64,000 bases of DNA, taken from positions 96,001 to 160,000 of the forward strand of contig CAVXXK010000001.1 of NCBI GenBank assembly GCA_963765675.1. Direction: 5' to 3'. Position numbers and translations under genes: made by a program. Below the pieces are notes generated by a model. The model made no database searches and had not been told where the DNA came from. It saw only the letters and a list, made by a program, of their open reading frames with translations. This stretch comes from an uncultured delta proteobacterium (lineage in GTDB: Bacteria; Desulfobacterota; Binatia; Binatales; Binataceae). Shown here piece after piece: positions 11,842 to 24,100 of the stretch (position 1 is its first letter; every line of letters starts with the position of its first letter).

Positions 11842-14180
11842 TTAAAAACGATACTTCAGGGCTATATATCCGGCGTTGCCGGTGTATGGTGTCCAGGAGG
11901 TGCGCCAACAAAGGTCGAATAGGGCGACGCGCTTCCCATCCACGACTTCAGATTGTCCCAGGCGAAGTCATTCTCGCCGAAGTGGTTAAAGTAGTAGCCC
12001 AAATTGAGGCTCATATTTTTTTTGAGCGGGTACTGGTATTGGAGGATGAGTTCCTCAAACGTAGTTCCAATGTTTGGAAACGAGTCGCCGGCCCAAGCGC
12101 CGCGTCACCGTTGGCGTGAGTTAGATCGGTGCTAACGGCGTAGGTGAACTTGACACTTAGCTTGGACTTGTTTTTCAGGAGCTGCGCGCCTTCGACCAGT
12201 AACGGTGGCAACGTGGTCTCGATTCCGAGATCGACTGAGCTGCCTTGATCACGGCCATAGCTGGTCCACACCTGTGCCGGACAGTTTTGGGAGTCTGGGA
12301 ATCCGGTGCCGCGGCCGGGCAGGCAGGCTCGATCGGATTGGCTGCGTAGGCTCGCGCTGCATTCCCGCCATATTCCAGTCCGTAGCTTGCCAACTATAAT
12401 TGACGAAGAGATTGAAATCATCGCTCGGCTGATACGTAACTCCGACCGATGGAGTGTAATCCGACGAGTGTTGCAGGCCGATTTCTGACGACGGATAGCG
12501 GTAGTCGTCATAATCCATCGCCGCACTAACGCTGATACTGTTCAGCTTGGGGTTCTCTGAACTGTGAAACGGATGAAACGAGCCGGATAGATTAAATTGG
12601 TTCACATGAACGGATGCTTCATCGAATCGGCGCAGATCGGCGAGCTCGGTACTTCCGCTATCCTGCTCGACCAGCGAAGTTCGGTTATTGTTGTAACCTG
12701 GCGAGTCGCGGTTCGCGTACTGGTAACTACTGTGGAATTCGAGCCAGTCGGAGGGCGTCCAATCGAGCAACGGACCGTAGGAAGTGGTGTTCTGTTGCAG
12801 CACCATCAGCCCGCTATTGTAGCAGTGTCGATCCTACCCACCAAGCGTGCCGCGAGGGTCGGAGTAATCCGATAACTCGCGCTCAGGTCGATGTTCTGGT
12901 CTGAGAATGAGAATGGGAACGCAGTCGCCGTGAAAGTGCCGGGACGTCATTCAGCGAGGTGATGTCCTTGAACGTGATCTTCGGATCCTGGTTGTTGTAG
13001 TCGTAATAACTGTAGGTACCCCTCAGTTCCAGTGGTTCAGTCGGATTGCTGACCAGCGTTGCGTTGGCAAAGAATGGCTGCACGTCGCCACCGAGACTGC
13101 TCTGCGGCAGCCTCTGGGACGGCAGTACCGAGTTTGCGGTGTACGGAATGAAGCTCTGATTCTGCAGCCACCAGCCGTATGACACACTGCCCATCGCGCG
13201 CGTGTTGAGAGGCAAGGTCACGCCGCCATCGACCGTGAAGGTATGCGCTTGGTTGTCCGGGTAGAGCTGCATTCGGCCCGTGCATGGTCCGGTTCCACCG
13301 GATGGCGAATAAGTGGCGGAGCTGGTGCAGGCGCCGGTCGGCGAAAGCTCGCCCCACACATCCGGATTCGACCAGGTCAGAACGGAGTCCTGATTCTTAA
13401 AGAACGACCCATTGTATTTCGCACCAAGCGTCCACCAATCGGCCGCGTACTCGACCCCGACTCCATAGTTGTAGATATCATAGTTGACGGGCTGGGATAC
13501 CTGCGAAATGTTGTAGCTTCCGGGGCTGGGGCCGAACATCGTACCGAACGCGTGATCACTGCCGCTCGGATTCTGGAAGTTGAACTGGGCGGTATAGGTC
13601 CAGTGCGGATCAGGCGTATAGCGAACGTTCAGATTCGCGACGCCGTCAAGCAGGCTCATCGCCGTCGGATTCGCGACCTCATTTACCCAGGTGCCGATGT
13701 TCTTTCCCGGCGGCTCGCCGGCCGTCGGAGGCGGCGGATGCGAACCCAGACTGAAATTACTGCCCTTCTGACTATACGCCGTCGAACCGATTCGTCGCTA
13801 AGATAATGCGGCATGTCGAGATACTGCACCTGGATATCGAGCAGGCCATAAACTCCTGCGTGTAGATTGTACATCTGGTTAGTCTGTCCCAGGTTGTAGG
13901 AACGAAAATTGGCGAAGATCCGGTCGTCGCTCTTAACGCCAAGGAGCAGGTGTAGTTCGGGAGCGATGACCTGCTGTGCCATGTCACTATACTCGCGATA
14001 CTTCGCGACATTGGTATCGGGAACCGGCTGTGGATAGGCGCCTACCTCCGCGGAGCCTTGCATGGTAACCGCTCCCAAGGTCGTCTGCGCGCCTGCGTCG
14101 CGCGAAGCCGCTAACACTGACACAAGCAAAACTGGGAGCACGACTGATACGACGAGCGCGTGATTCATCAAGTCTCTCAT
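11842..14180 (-). CDS. MtrB/PioB/MtoB family decaheme-associated outer-membrane beta-barrel (several frameshifts)
   Basis: Signal peptide; AKYREYSD, PDNQAH and RRFDEA motifs; ends YIALKYRF-stop (beta-signal); immediately downstream of the decaheme. Confidence 0.85.
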
Positions 14181-14211
14181 TGTGCCTACCTCGAGTTCAC
14201 TTCCGTCGCCT

Positions 14212-15288
14212 CTATCGGGTGAAGAACAGGCCTCCCGGTGAGTTCGAGCCATGGATGTTCGCGTGACAGTTGGTGCACGCATGTCCGAACACAAAAACCG
14301 TACCCGCGCCGGCAGGTGTCCCGGGATGATAGGTGCCGACGTGGCACTGCTGGCACAGCCGCGGCGGCGAGACTTTCAGCAGGAACATGTTGGTCGAGCC
14401 GTGAGGGTCGTGGCAGTTGTCGCAGTTCTGCAAGACCGGCGGATGGGCCCACAAAAACGGCCCGCGCTTCTCGGCATGACAGGTGTAACAGACTTCGTTA
14501 ACTGTCGGCTGTACCAGTTGATGCTGATAGGGACCGCCATGAGGGTTGTGACAGTCCGTGCAGACCATCAGCCCCTCGCGCAGCGGCATGTGCGACGGCA
14601 TGTTCATCTGATTCTGCTTGTCGAGGTGGCACCTGAGACAGACTTGAGTTTCGGGCCGCGTGTACATGAACGGGTTGGCGCGGAACTCGGCGGCCAGCTG
14701 ATAATCAGAGGTCTTGTGCATGACCACGTGGCAGTCCACGCACTTGACGCCTCGGAAAGCGTGCATACTGGCTTGCCAGAAGGCCTGGTCGCCCTTCTGG
14801 TGACAAGTGAGGCAGGCGCTATTCTCGCGCGCTTGCGATTCACCTGAGTCGGGCCGGAATGTGATCAGCGTCGCTTCCGCCGGCGGCCCATGCATCGCTT
14901 GTTCAGGGGTCGCGCCCTTGCCCATTGCCGCCGCCATTTCGGGAACGTACAGGCTACCCGGCCCATGGCACGATTCGCATCCGTGCTGCTCGGCGGAATC
15001 CCGCGGATGCTTGATCAGGATGTTGCCCATCATCGTGTCGCTGAACGCATGCGTGGCGGCTTGATGGCATCCCTCGCAAGCCCTGCTGCCGACATAATTT
15101 GCAGTTACTGCGCTTGCTCCGGGAACCTGCGATTGAGAAGACTCGGCCATCGAGGGCGCCGCCGACGATGCTGCAGATGGCTGCGATGAGTCAGCCGCGG
15201 TTGCGGTCCCGCGGTAAAGGATCGCCAGCGCCAGCGCAGCCGCCCAGACCAGTATTCGAAGGCGCGATCCGTTGAGTAGGATGATCAT
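14212..15288 (-). CDS. DmsE/MtrA/PioA/MtoA family decaheme cytochrome c
   Basis: Signal peptide, YVGS; 10 CxxCH counted; CESCHGPGS, CTDCHNPHG, CHAEKRGPFLWAHPPV, CTNCHANIHGSN. Confidence 0.95.
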   Translation of the reverse strand: MIILLNGSRLRILVWAAALALAILYRGTATAADSSQPSAASSAAPSMAESSQSQVPGASAVTANYVGSRACEGCHQAATHAFSDTMMGNILIKHPRDSAEQHGCESCHGPGSLYVPEMAAAMGKGATPEQAMHGPPAEATLITFRPDSGESQARENSACLTCHQKGDQAFWQASMHAFRGVKCVDCHVVMHKTSDYQLAAEFRANPFMYTRPETQVCLRCHLDKQNQMNMPSHMPLREGLMVCTDCHNPHGGPYQHQLVQPTVNEVCYTCHAEKRGPFLWAHPPVLQNCDNCHDPHGSTNMFLLKVSPPRLCQQCHVGTYHPGTPAGAGTVFVFGHACTNCHANIHGSNSPGGLFFTR

Positions 15289-15814
15289 GGGTCTTCGCAG
15301 ACCTTCTTCTGCGAATCGCGCAGGTTTCGCCACTGCGCAGTCCCTTGGAGCTACCTTCCTATCGCGGCACACTTTACGTTGAGCATAGGTTGGCCAGCCA
15401 AGCTGGCGCGATTCCGGACGGAGCATGACTTCTTAACCCGTTGCCCGCGTCCCTCATCCCGACTCGCCTGGCGCAGCGGCCGTTCCCAGTTGTCGTGGAT
15501 GATCTCTCCGGGAGGCTAAGAGCGGACGCCGGCGGCCATCTGGGAGCGGCCACTGCTTCATCGGTCATGAAATAGGCCAGCAGCGCTGTGATGTTCTCGG
15601 CATTCATCAGGCATGCCGGACATATTGATCAGATGCTGGATCCCCAGTGCCGCACGGCTGACCGAAACCGCGCCGCTCGGATTAAGACCCGCCGCAGGTA
15701 TCCCCCCGAAGGTGACGCACGTGCCGAGCGCGCTCGCGCGCAGAAGTGACTCTGCTCTTTTTCCCCCCGTCAAGTTCCAGACCCCGAGGATCAAAGAGAG
15801 TCAGCTTGGGATGA

Positions 15815-16010
15815 CTACCCAGTCGTCGCGCGCAATTCTTTGAACTCATTTTCCGCCTTCAGCCAATCGTCAAGCTCGTTGCCCGGTCCCTCATTACGGC
15901 AGATATATTTCGTAGGCGCGCTTACGAATCTCGTCTTCCGTTGGCCCCGCCTTCTTTCCCACGACCGGTTGTTGATTGTCCTCTTTTTTCTCTGCCGATC
16001 TGGTCTCCAT
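15815..16010 (-). CDS. DUF2934 domain small protein (one frameshift)
   Basis: Hand translation METRSAE...PTEDEIRKRAYEIYL / RNEGPGNELDDWLKAENEF; GGAG RBS. Confidence 0.75.
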
Positions 16011-16413
16011 CTCCTATCCGATGCGTAAGTTTCTGTAGACGCACAGATGACTTGTGAGCAAACGCCTTCCGCGCCAGATCCTTTAAATAGTGCGAAAGAG
16101 CGCGCACGACCTCTGATAGTGCGCCGTCACTAAATTCATCTCCTCCGTCACGTGATCTACGGGCCATGTTCTGTTAATAAAAAAGTTATGTTCAAGGCCG
16201 ATTTTGTTACATCGGGAACGAACATCCGGTTGTTTTCTCGCAGGGAATGTCATTACATCCGGGCGACCGCACTCGACTCCGGCGATTTGAAAAGCTGATA
16301 TAGACCTAAAGCGCAGCGAGATCTTATTCAATCTTCGTAATCATGCCACCACACTCCTCACGCGACTCATCAATCAGGCAGAGTTCGGCCTCACCTTCCC
16401 CAAACCTCGCGCA

Positions 16414-17091
16414 ATGAGCGCTCAAGATTTGGGTAAATTGCAAGGGCTGGCCGGCCTTTCGTTACGCAAATTGGAAGCGTTACGCGCAAGGATGAGAATT
16501 CGTCAGTTTTCCAGACACTCGATCATCTATGAAGAAGAATCAGGAAGCGGCGTGTACGTCCTGCTCTCGGGCATCGCCCGCCTTATCTATCGCAATCGAA
16601 AGCGGGAACGCAACCTGCTCGAGGTGCTGGGACCCGGCGATGTGATCGAGATTCCATCGTTGTTGCCCGATATTCATCACAGACTCTCCTGCGAGACGTT
16701 CACCGATTGTCAAATTGGGCTGATAAGCCCAAGCGAGCTGGTGGAGGGCGTCATAGGGATTCCATTCCGGGAGTTCAGCGAGGCCCTCAATTTGACGGTC
16801 GGCCGCTGGTGGACGCTTCTGGAGCGCCATTCAAATTTTCTCAGCCAAACCGTTCGAGAGAGAATTGCGATCGCCTTGCTCGACCTCGGCCGCAAGCTCG
16901 GTCAACAAGACGATCGCGGGATGATCATAAATCTCGGCCTAGGTGTTCAGGACATCGCGGACCTGGTGGAATGCTCGCGGCCGAAAGCGAGCGAGTGCCT
17001 CAAGAAGCTCGTTGCCGAAGGCGTCGTGATGCGGGAACGCCGCTGTCTCATCATCGATTCGGAGAAAATTAAGGCTAGCCTGCGATCCTGA
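16414..17091 (+). CDS. Crp/Fnr family transcriptional regulator
   Basis: cNMP-fold VYVLLSGIARL...LGPGDVI; ERIAIALLDL; HTH QDIADLVECSRPKASECLKKL. Confidence 0.9.
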   Translation: MSAQDLGKLQGLAGLSLRKLEALRARMRIRQFSRHSIIYEEESGSGVYVLLSGIARLIYRNRKRERNLLEVLGPGDVIEIPSLLPDIHHRLSCETFTDCQIGLISPSELVEGVIGIPFREFSEALNLTVGRWWTLLERHSNFLSQTVRERIAIALLDLGRKLGQQDDRGMIINLGLGVQDIADLVECSRPKASECLKKLVAEGVVMRERRCLIIDSEKIKASLRS

Positions 17092-17465
17092 GGATCAATA
17101 GCCAGCCAGCATCGGGAAGACTGTGGACGGTGCCCGCTGTTCGCCGGCGCAATGATGATAGGTTTTTTGCTGGTTAAGCATCTGTATGGCCGCCTACATG
17201 CAAGGCAAGCTCCTGCACGAATTATCTGTTGAGATGCAATGGCTCGGACGGTCGTGACCTGCTGCAAGCCGATCTCGATTCCGTTCCTGGTCGACTTCGA
17301 ACTCAAATTCGCCGTCAGTGGTTCTTTTTTTCGGCACGCCTGATGAATCAGAAGGCGAAGAATGGATCGACGAACAATTTCCGTCGCGTGGATTTTTTAA
17401 GACTCGCAACAATAACTACGGTCGGACCGAAATTGGAGCCACGAGCCGCTAGGAGGGTCTCAAAC

Positions 17466-17710
17466 GTGCTAATCAGGGAACTGACCAGGCATGAGTGTCT
17501 GGAACTGATGACCCGATCGCGTCTGGGAAGACTGGCGTGCGCCCACGAGACTCAACCATACATCGTGCCGATCTATTTCGCCTACGACAACGATTACCTA
17601 TATAGCTTCTCCACCGTCGGGCAAAAGATTCAATGGATGCAAGCTAACCCCAACGTCTGCGTCGAAGTAGACGAGGTGAAATCCGCAACAATGGATTAGC
17701 GTTGTAGTGT
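17466..17710 (+). pseudogene. Pyridoxamine 5'-phosphate oxidase-like FMN-binding protein, truncated at a poly-A tract
   Basis: ELTRHECLELM..RLGRLACA..PYIVPIYF..GQKIQWMQANPNVCVEVDE. Confidence 0.75.
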
Positions 17711-18707
17711 AAAAAAAAAAAAAAAAAGCAGTTCCGTAGTAACCCAGCGATCGTGGGCAGTCATCCAACGCGATCGACAGAGACCAACAGCGACGAGCTA
17801 GCGCCAGAACGTCAACCGCTCATCGTCTAACTGCCGAAACCTGATCAAGGCGGTCGCAGCGAAGAGAGACGGACGTAACAATCAACGGCCTGCATGACGC
17901 GATCGGCTCCCGTCCATCAACTCAGAACGCCGCAATCAAGGGAACGAAACTCAAACGCGCGGAATGTTATATGTCGGATCGAACACGCCAGTCGAGGGAG
18001 CCGACGGAGCTCTTCCACAGCCACCCACGCCGGACAAAGACCGGCTGCCACGGTTCCGCGACTGATCCGGACGCCCAACCGCAGTCGCGTCCGCGCAATT
18101 CAGCTCGAGCCAATCGCTGCGCGAGCCGTACTACTTCAATCGTGGGGCCGGACTCCCATGCTTACTTGAACCGAAAATGCGGCTGCACTGCTATTTTCCA
18201 CAGGGAGATAAAACACGGTACGGTCGGTGGGCAGCGGATATGCGGGAACGCCCGTCGAGCAAGAAAGTCCGCCGGCGAATCCGGCGAGCAGCCGTGGCCA
18301 GAAGAAGGCCGCTCGAACGGACGCCCATCCTGACAGAAGTCGATGCGGCGAGACGATTCTTACAGTAGCGGCAGCGTTCCTGAGCGCATGCGGAGATTTG
18401 CGTGCATCCAGGTGGAGCAATGACTCCGACCCGTCGCCCAAATTAGCGGGTGCGGGTAAGCGTGAATCTATTGACGGATCATTGTTGAGGCGGCGGCCGA
18501 CGTGGTCTCTGATCATCTGTGCGGCCTTTGTCGACGGCTCGCTGGCAACGGCGTTCACCATGCCGACGAAGCGGCGGGACAGGAAGGAAGCAAGCAAGTC
18601 GCTGATCTGAAATTCGGCGATCGAAGATCACGATCGACTCAGAAAGCGAAGTGCGGAGGGAGGATCTAGGTCGACCGTGTCTCGGTACCGGACGAACCAG
18701 AGGGGGG

Positions 18708-18747
<40 letters not shown>

Positions 18748-18769
18748 CCTCGCTGCCATCAGCGGTGCC

Positions 18770-19900
18770 GCGATGGTGACTGGCGCCACATTCGTTACGC
18801 AGAGATTTGCCCCGGAAGGACTGCTGGGAGAGAGACGAGGATTCAGGAGATGGAGCGGCTCGGCTGGCTGATGTTCGCCCGCGGATTCGGTCGGCTCGCG
18901 TCCTGATAGTAAAAAACGGCCAGGTTCTCTGGAGGTGTACTTCTGCCGATGTCGTCAGGCCTCGTGCTCGGGCGCGAAGGACCGACAGGTGCAATCGGTG
19001 AGTGCGTGGGCGCAGCGCTCGCAGCCCTACGGCCCGCTGACACAAAAGACCGGTTTCAACGAGGCCAAGAGCCTCGATGAGCTGCGGGGTCTAGCCGCTG
19101 GGCTGGCCGTCGCGTTCAACGCGCCCATCGCGGCATCCTGTTTGTCCTGAAAGAAATGCGCCGGGAGTTCCCCGCTGGACCTGAGATCTACGCAGTGCGT
19201 CACACTTACTACGGTGACGGTGATCATCGTCGGCGACTCTGATTACTGGCCACGTGCAGATCCTGCCAAAAGCTAATCTATCAGATCCGCCAACACTCGT
19301 CGAACTAGTGATCATTTCGTTGGCTTTCGCAATGATTGCGGGCATATACGGGGTTTTCCTTGGAACGCGGCGCTGGTAAAGACTCTGAATATCGTTCACA
19401 CACTGAAGCTTAAGTTCGGATGGGTGACCCTGGCGGTCACTATCAGGTGGCGAAATGAGCACGTTGGTTTGGTGCTTTGTGGACGCAACAGGAGAAGACG
19501 AAGAACTTACGGATTCGGCTCTACGGGCGCCGCAAACAATTGAACTAGCTGCTAACATTTTCATTGTTATGCGCACCCTGGTCTTCAACAAACACTCGCT
19601 ACTCCAGCGGCACACCTGGCGCAAATTTCACACCACTGGTCGCTTTTGGTGCGCTACGAGGGCTTCTCTTAGCAAGGATGCATCGAACTGCTGGTTCCTG
19701 GTTTTGCTTCAAACCCAAAGTTCGCCGTAACAGGGATGGCAGCGCTTCTGACCGCCACCGTGCGCGCGCCTCTTACGAGTCTCGCCCTCGTTATCGAGAT
19801 GGCCGGCAACTTTAACTACGCTGATGTCGTGTTGGCTTCGATTGTGGCCGATGTGGCCGCGACGATATTGGGAGGTCGTCCAATCTAAAGAACAAATGAT
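18770..19900 (+). pseudogene. Degraded or garbled ClC-family chloride/proton antiporter
   Basis: Fragments AAGLAVAFNAPIA (~19095) and GMAALLTATVRAPLTSLALVIEMAG (~19735), both ClC signature segments. Confidence 0.6.
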
Positions 19901-20420
19901 TAATCGCGGACTAAGGCTAACGGCCGGTCTGCTAGCATTCACGACCCAATCGAGTGATGCGGCTCCGGCAGTTACACCGAACCTCAGAATGCTCGACCCA
20001 AGGCTATGACGCGAAATGAGTTCGGAAGGTGTCTGTCGTGATCCGTTCGTTCCACTCGGGAGATCACGCGTCTCATCCGGTTCCCCATTTGCGACTCGCA
20101 CAACTCTTAGTCTCGCCATCGCCGGCATCTCCTGGAACGGCGGTCGTAGATCAGCGAGCGACGCGTGCCGAGCATGCGTTCAGGGGAATCGAATAAGAGA
20201 ACGGCGAGGTTATCTACAGAACGAATGATGCCGATCGCAGACCGCGCCGAACATCGAATTTGCTAAGTTTCAAGTCTCAAACCTTCGCTGCGAGAACCGT
20301 GAACCGCTGAGCTCGCGTCGAGCAATGCTCGAAGACCACAATCAATTCGACAAGATCTCTCGTTAGCTCGCAACCTGAGTCAGTCTTCGCTGTGTGAGAG
20401 GAATTTGCAGGAGTCAAAAG

Positions 20421-21148
20421 ATGGCTACTGAGAAAGTCCTCAGCAGATACCAAGACTTTAACGACTCAAAAGACTCCGCGCAAAACAGGTCCAAGGAAAA
20501 TGCCGTGAAACCCAATGGGTCGAAGCCCAGCGTGGACGAGCTTCGCAGGCGCGCATACGAAATATTCAAGGCGCGCGAAGACTTGCAAAAGGCGGAGGCA
20601 GCCCCTTTACGCGGATGCGGTAAAGGCTGATGCGGCGAAACCGGACGCGCCCACGGCTCCATGCGGCCAAGCCCGACTCGCCCTGACAGATGAGGTCAAG
20701 GCTGATGCATCCAAACCTGATGTACCAAAGCCTGATCCGTCCAAGGTAGGTGTCGCTAAGTCCACCGGTTCGAAGCCCGACGAGGACGAGATTCGCAAGC
20801 GCGCCTTCGAAGTGTTCAAGGCTCGCCAGGGCGGCAGTGCGCTCCAGGACTGGCAAAAGGCCGAGTCCTCGGTTACCGCCGAAGCGTCCAACAAGGACGA
20901 GCCAAGCCCGAGGCCGACAAGGCTGAAGGCCCTCAATCCGACGCGTCCAAGGCGAATGGATCCGAACCCGATACGGCTAAGGCTGACACCTCCAAGGCAG
21001 ACGGGTCGAAGGCCGATGCTCCCAAAGCTAACGGGACAAAGAAGCGGCCAAGGCCGACAGCTCCAAGGCCGACAGCTCCAAAGCTGATGCGTCCAAGGCG
21101 GATGCGCCTAAGGCAGATGGGGCAAAGGCAGACGCTTCTAAAGGTGCT
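20421..21148 (+). CDS. DUF2934 x2 plus KADxS pentapeptide-repeat region; probable frameshifted N-terminal extension of the H+-ATPase
   Basis: DELRRRAYEIFKAR and DEIRKRAFEVFKARQGGSALQDWQKAE; KADSSKADSSKADASKADAPKADGAKADASK is in frame with the ATPase GTG. Confidence 0.6.
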
Positions 21149-24100
21149 GTGAAGGTACCGATTGATACCGGAACGATCGAGGAGGCGGTCACCAAGTTCA
21201 AGTCCAGTATCAAGGATGGGCTGACCCAGGAAGAGGCGGCGGCCCGGCTGAAGAAGGATGGTCCCAACGCCATCAAGGAAGTGCACATCAACCCGATCAT
21301 GCGGTTCTTGAAGTTCCTGTGGGGACCTGTTGCGTGGATGATCGAGATTGCGGCGGTACTCTCCGCAGTGGTTCGGCATTGGGAAGACTTTATCATGATC
21401 TTTTTCATGCTGGCGCTGAATGCAGTGGTCGGCTTCTGGGAGGAATACAAGGCCGACAACGAGATCGAAGCGCTGAAAAAGCATCTGGCAATGCATTCCC
21501 AAGTCCTGCGCGGCGGCAAGTGGAGCGAGGTCCCGGCCAAGACCCTGGTGACCGGCGACATCGTCATGATCAAACTCGGCAATGTCGTCCCCGCCGACAT
21601 GAAGCTGGTCGATGGTGACTACCTCAGCATCGATCAGTCGGCGCTGACGGGCGAGTCACTGCCGGTTGAAAAGAAGAAAAACGACGTCGCGTATTCAGGA
21701 TCAATCGTGAAAATGGGCCAAATGAATGGGCTCGTCACCGCCACCGGAATGAACACGCTCTTCGGCCGCGCCGCAAAGCTGACTGAGAGCGTTAAGACTG
21801 TTTCCCACTTTCAGAAGGCAGTCCTCAGGATCGGCAATTTCCTGATTCTGATTACCATTGGCCTCGTCGCATTGATCCTTAACGTCTCGCTATTTCGCGG
21901 CGACCCATTGGTTCAAACCATACTCTTTGCCCTGATTCTTACCGTAGCCGCAATACCGGTCGCCTTGCCGGCCGTTCTGTCCGTGACGATGGCCGTCGGC
22001 GCGTCCGTGCTCGCTAGAATGAAGGCTATCGTCTCTCGCCTGGCCTCGATCGAAGAGATGGCCGGCATGGATATTCTCTGCTCGGATAAGACCGGCACCC
22101 TCACTAAGGACGAGCTCGAATTGGGCAGCCCGGTTGTTTACAAGGCAAGCAACGAACAGGACCTGGTTCTGGCCGCGTGTTTGGCCTCGCCAGCGAACGG
22201 CCGGGATGGGATCGACGATGCCGTAGTCAAGGGTCTCACCGATCAGTCGGCGCTAAAGGCCTATCAAATCACTCATTTCACCCCGTTCGATCCGGTCAGT
22301 AAGCGAACCGAAGCCGAGGTCAAACACGGCAACGGCACTTTCAAAGTTTCGAAGGGGGCGCCGCAAGTAATTCTGGCTCTGGTCCATCCAGACGCGGAGA
22401 TGCGTAAAAGAGCTGAAAAGCAGGTCAACGATCTGGCCAAAAAAGGCTTCCGTACGCTTGGCGTGGCGCGTACCGATGCCCAGGGAAAGTGGGAATTACT
22501 TGGACTGCTGTCTCTGTCCGATACGCTCCGCGACGATTCGGCCTCGACTATCGCGGACGCGCGTAAAATGGGACTGCAGGTGCGCATGGTTACCGGCGAC
22601 AACCTTGCGATTGCTCAGCAGGTATCGCGCGAGCTCAAACTGGGGCCGAACATCGCAGTCGCCAGCCAGCTTTTTCCTGACGGCAAAGCGGATAATACCG
22701 ACAAGATAGACGCGGCCGACGGTTACGCAGAGGTTTTCCCCGAGCATAAATTCAAAATCGTCAAGGCCCTTCAGGCCGGTGGCCATATCGTCGGAATGAC
22801 CGGCGACGGCGTTAACGACGCTCCGGCGCTCAAGCAGGCCGATTGCGGCGTTGCGGTCAGCGGCGCGACCGACGCCGCTCGTGCAGCCGCAGACCTGGTG
22901 CTCACGGCGAAAGGCCTTTCCGTCATCACCGCTGCCATTTCAGAAGCGCGCAAGATCTTCGAGCGCATGAACAGCTACGCAATCTACCGGATCGCCGAAA
23001 CTATCCGCGTCCTGCTCTTCATGACGCTCGCAATTGTGGTGTTCAACTTCTACCCGGTAACCGCGGTCATGATCGTGATCATCGCGGTGCTCAACGACTT
23101 TCCGATCATGATGATCGCCTACGACAACACGATCGTCGCTCCGCGCCCGGTGCGCTGGGACATGGAACGCGTGCTGACGGTCAGCTCGGTGCTTGGCGTC
23201 TTGGGAGTGATCGCCGTATTCATCCTCTTCTGGATCGCGGAGAAATATTTACACATGCCCCGGCCCATGGTTCAGAGCCTCATGTTCCTGAAGCTCCTGG
23301 TCGCCGGACACCTGACCATCTACATCACGAGAAGCGCTGGAACTTTCTGGAGGCGACCATGGCCCAATTGGCGGCTGGTGGCTGCCTGCGAAACAACCCA
23401 GATCATAGGAACATTAGCCGCAGTTTACGGGTGGGGCATGACGCCACTGGGATGGAAGTATGCGCTGCTCGTATGGGGCTATGCGCTCGTATGGTTTTTC
23501 ATCAACGACATGGCGAAGGTTCAAGTTTACAAAATGCTGCATCTGGGGACCGCAAGCCATCAGCGCCATCTGGCAAGAGTCAACGCCAACCTTCATCCGG
23601 CCGCACAAGGCAAGCCGGCGAGCGACCGCTTAAGGGCAGCAGTTACTTCCGAAACTCAGCAACTGCGCAAGGATCGAATTAACCGTGAGTCTCGACGAAC
23701 GAACTGCATCATCCCGGAAGCTTCAACCGCGCAGCTTCCGCCTCACGCGCCTGCCTCGGCGCAGCCTCCCAAGTCAGCGTCGCCGTCGATGCGGGGCGAA
23801 ACGTGGGCGAGGGGGCTCGAATCGATGTTCGTCCGCCGCCTGGTGGTGGTCGGAGTACTCGGCATACTAGTGATGATCGGGCTTTTTCTGTCGAACTATT
23901 CCAGCGGAAAGGCCCTCTTTTACTGGTGCGCGATGTTTCCCATCTTCGGCGTAGCCTGCCTCGCACATGAACTGGCGGCAGGGCGCGTATATCAGGTCGC
24001 TCTGTGGCGAATCCTGATGCGCCAGGCGCTTCATTGGGTCGGACCGATAGTTGCGGTGAAAATCCTGTTTATGCAGCATGCACGCGGCCAGATGGCGACC

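Noticed and set aside
20930-21148. 15-bp periodic repeats as a possible CRISPR or VNTR array
   Set aside because: Variation falls mainly at codon third positions and there are no spacers; they encode KADxS peptide repeats.
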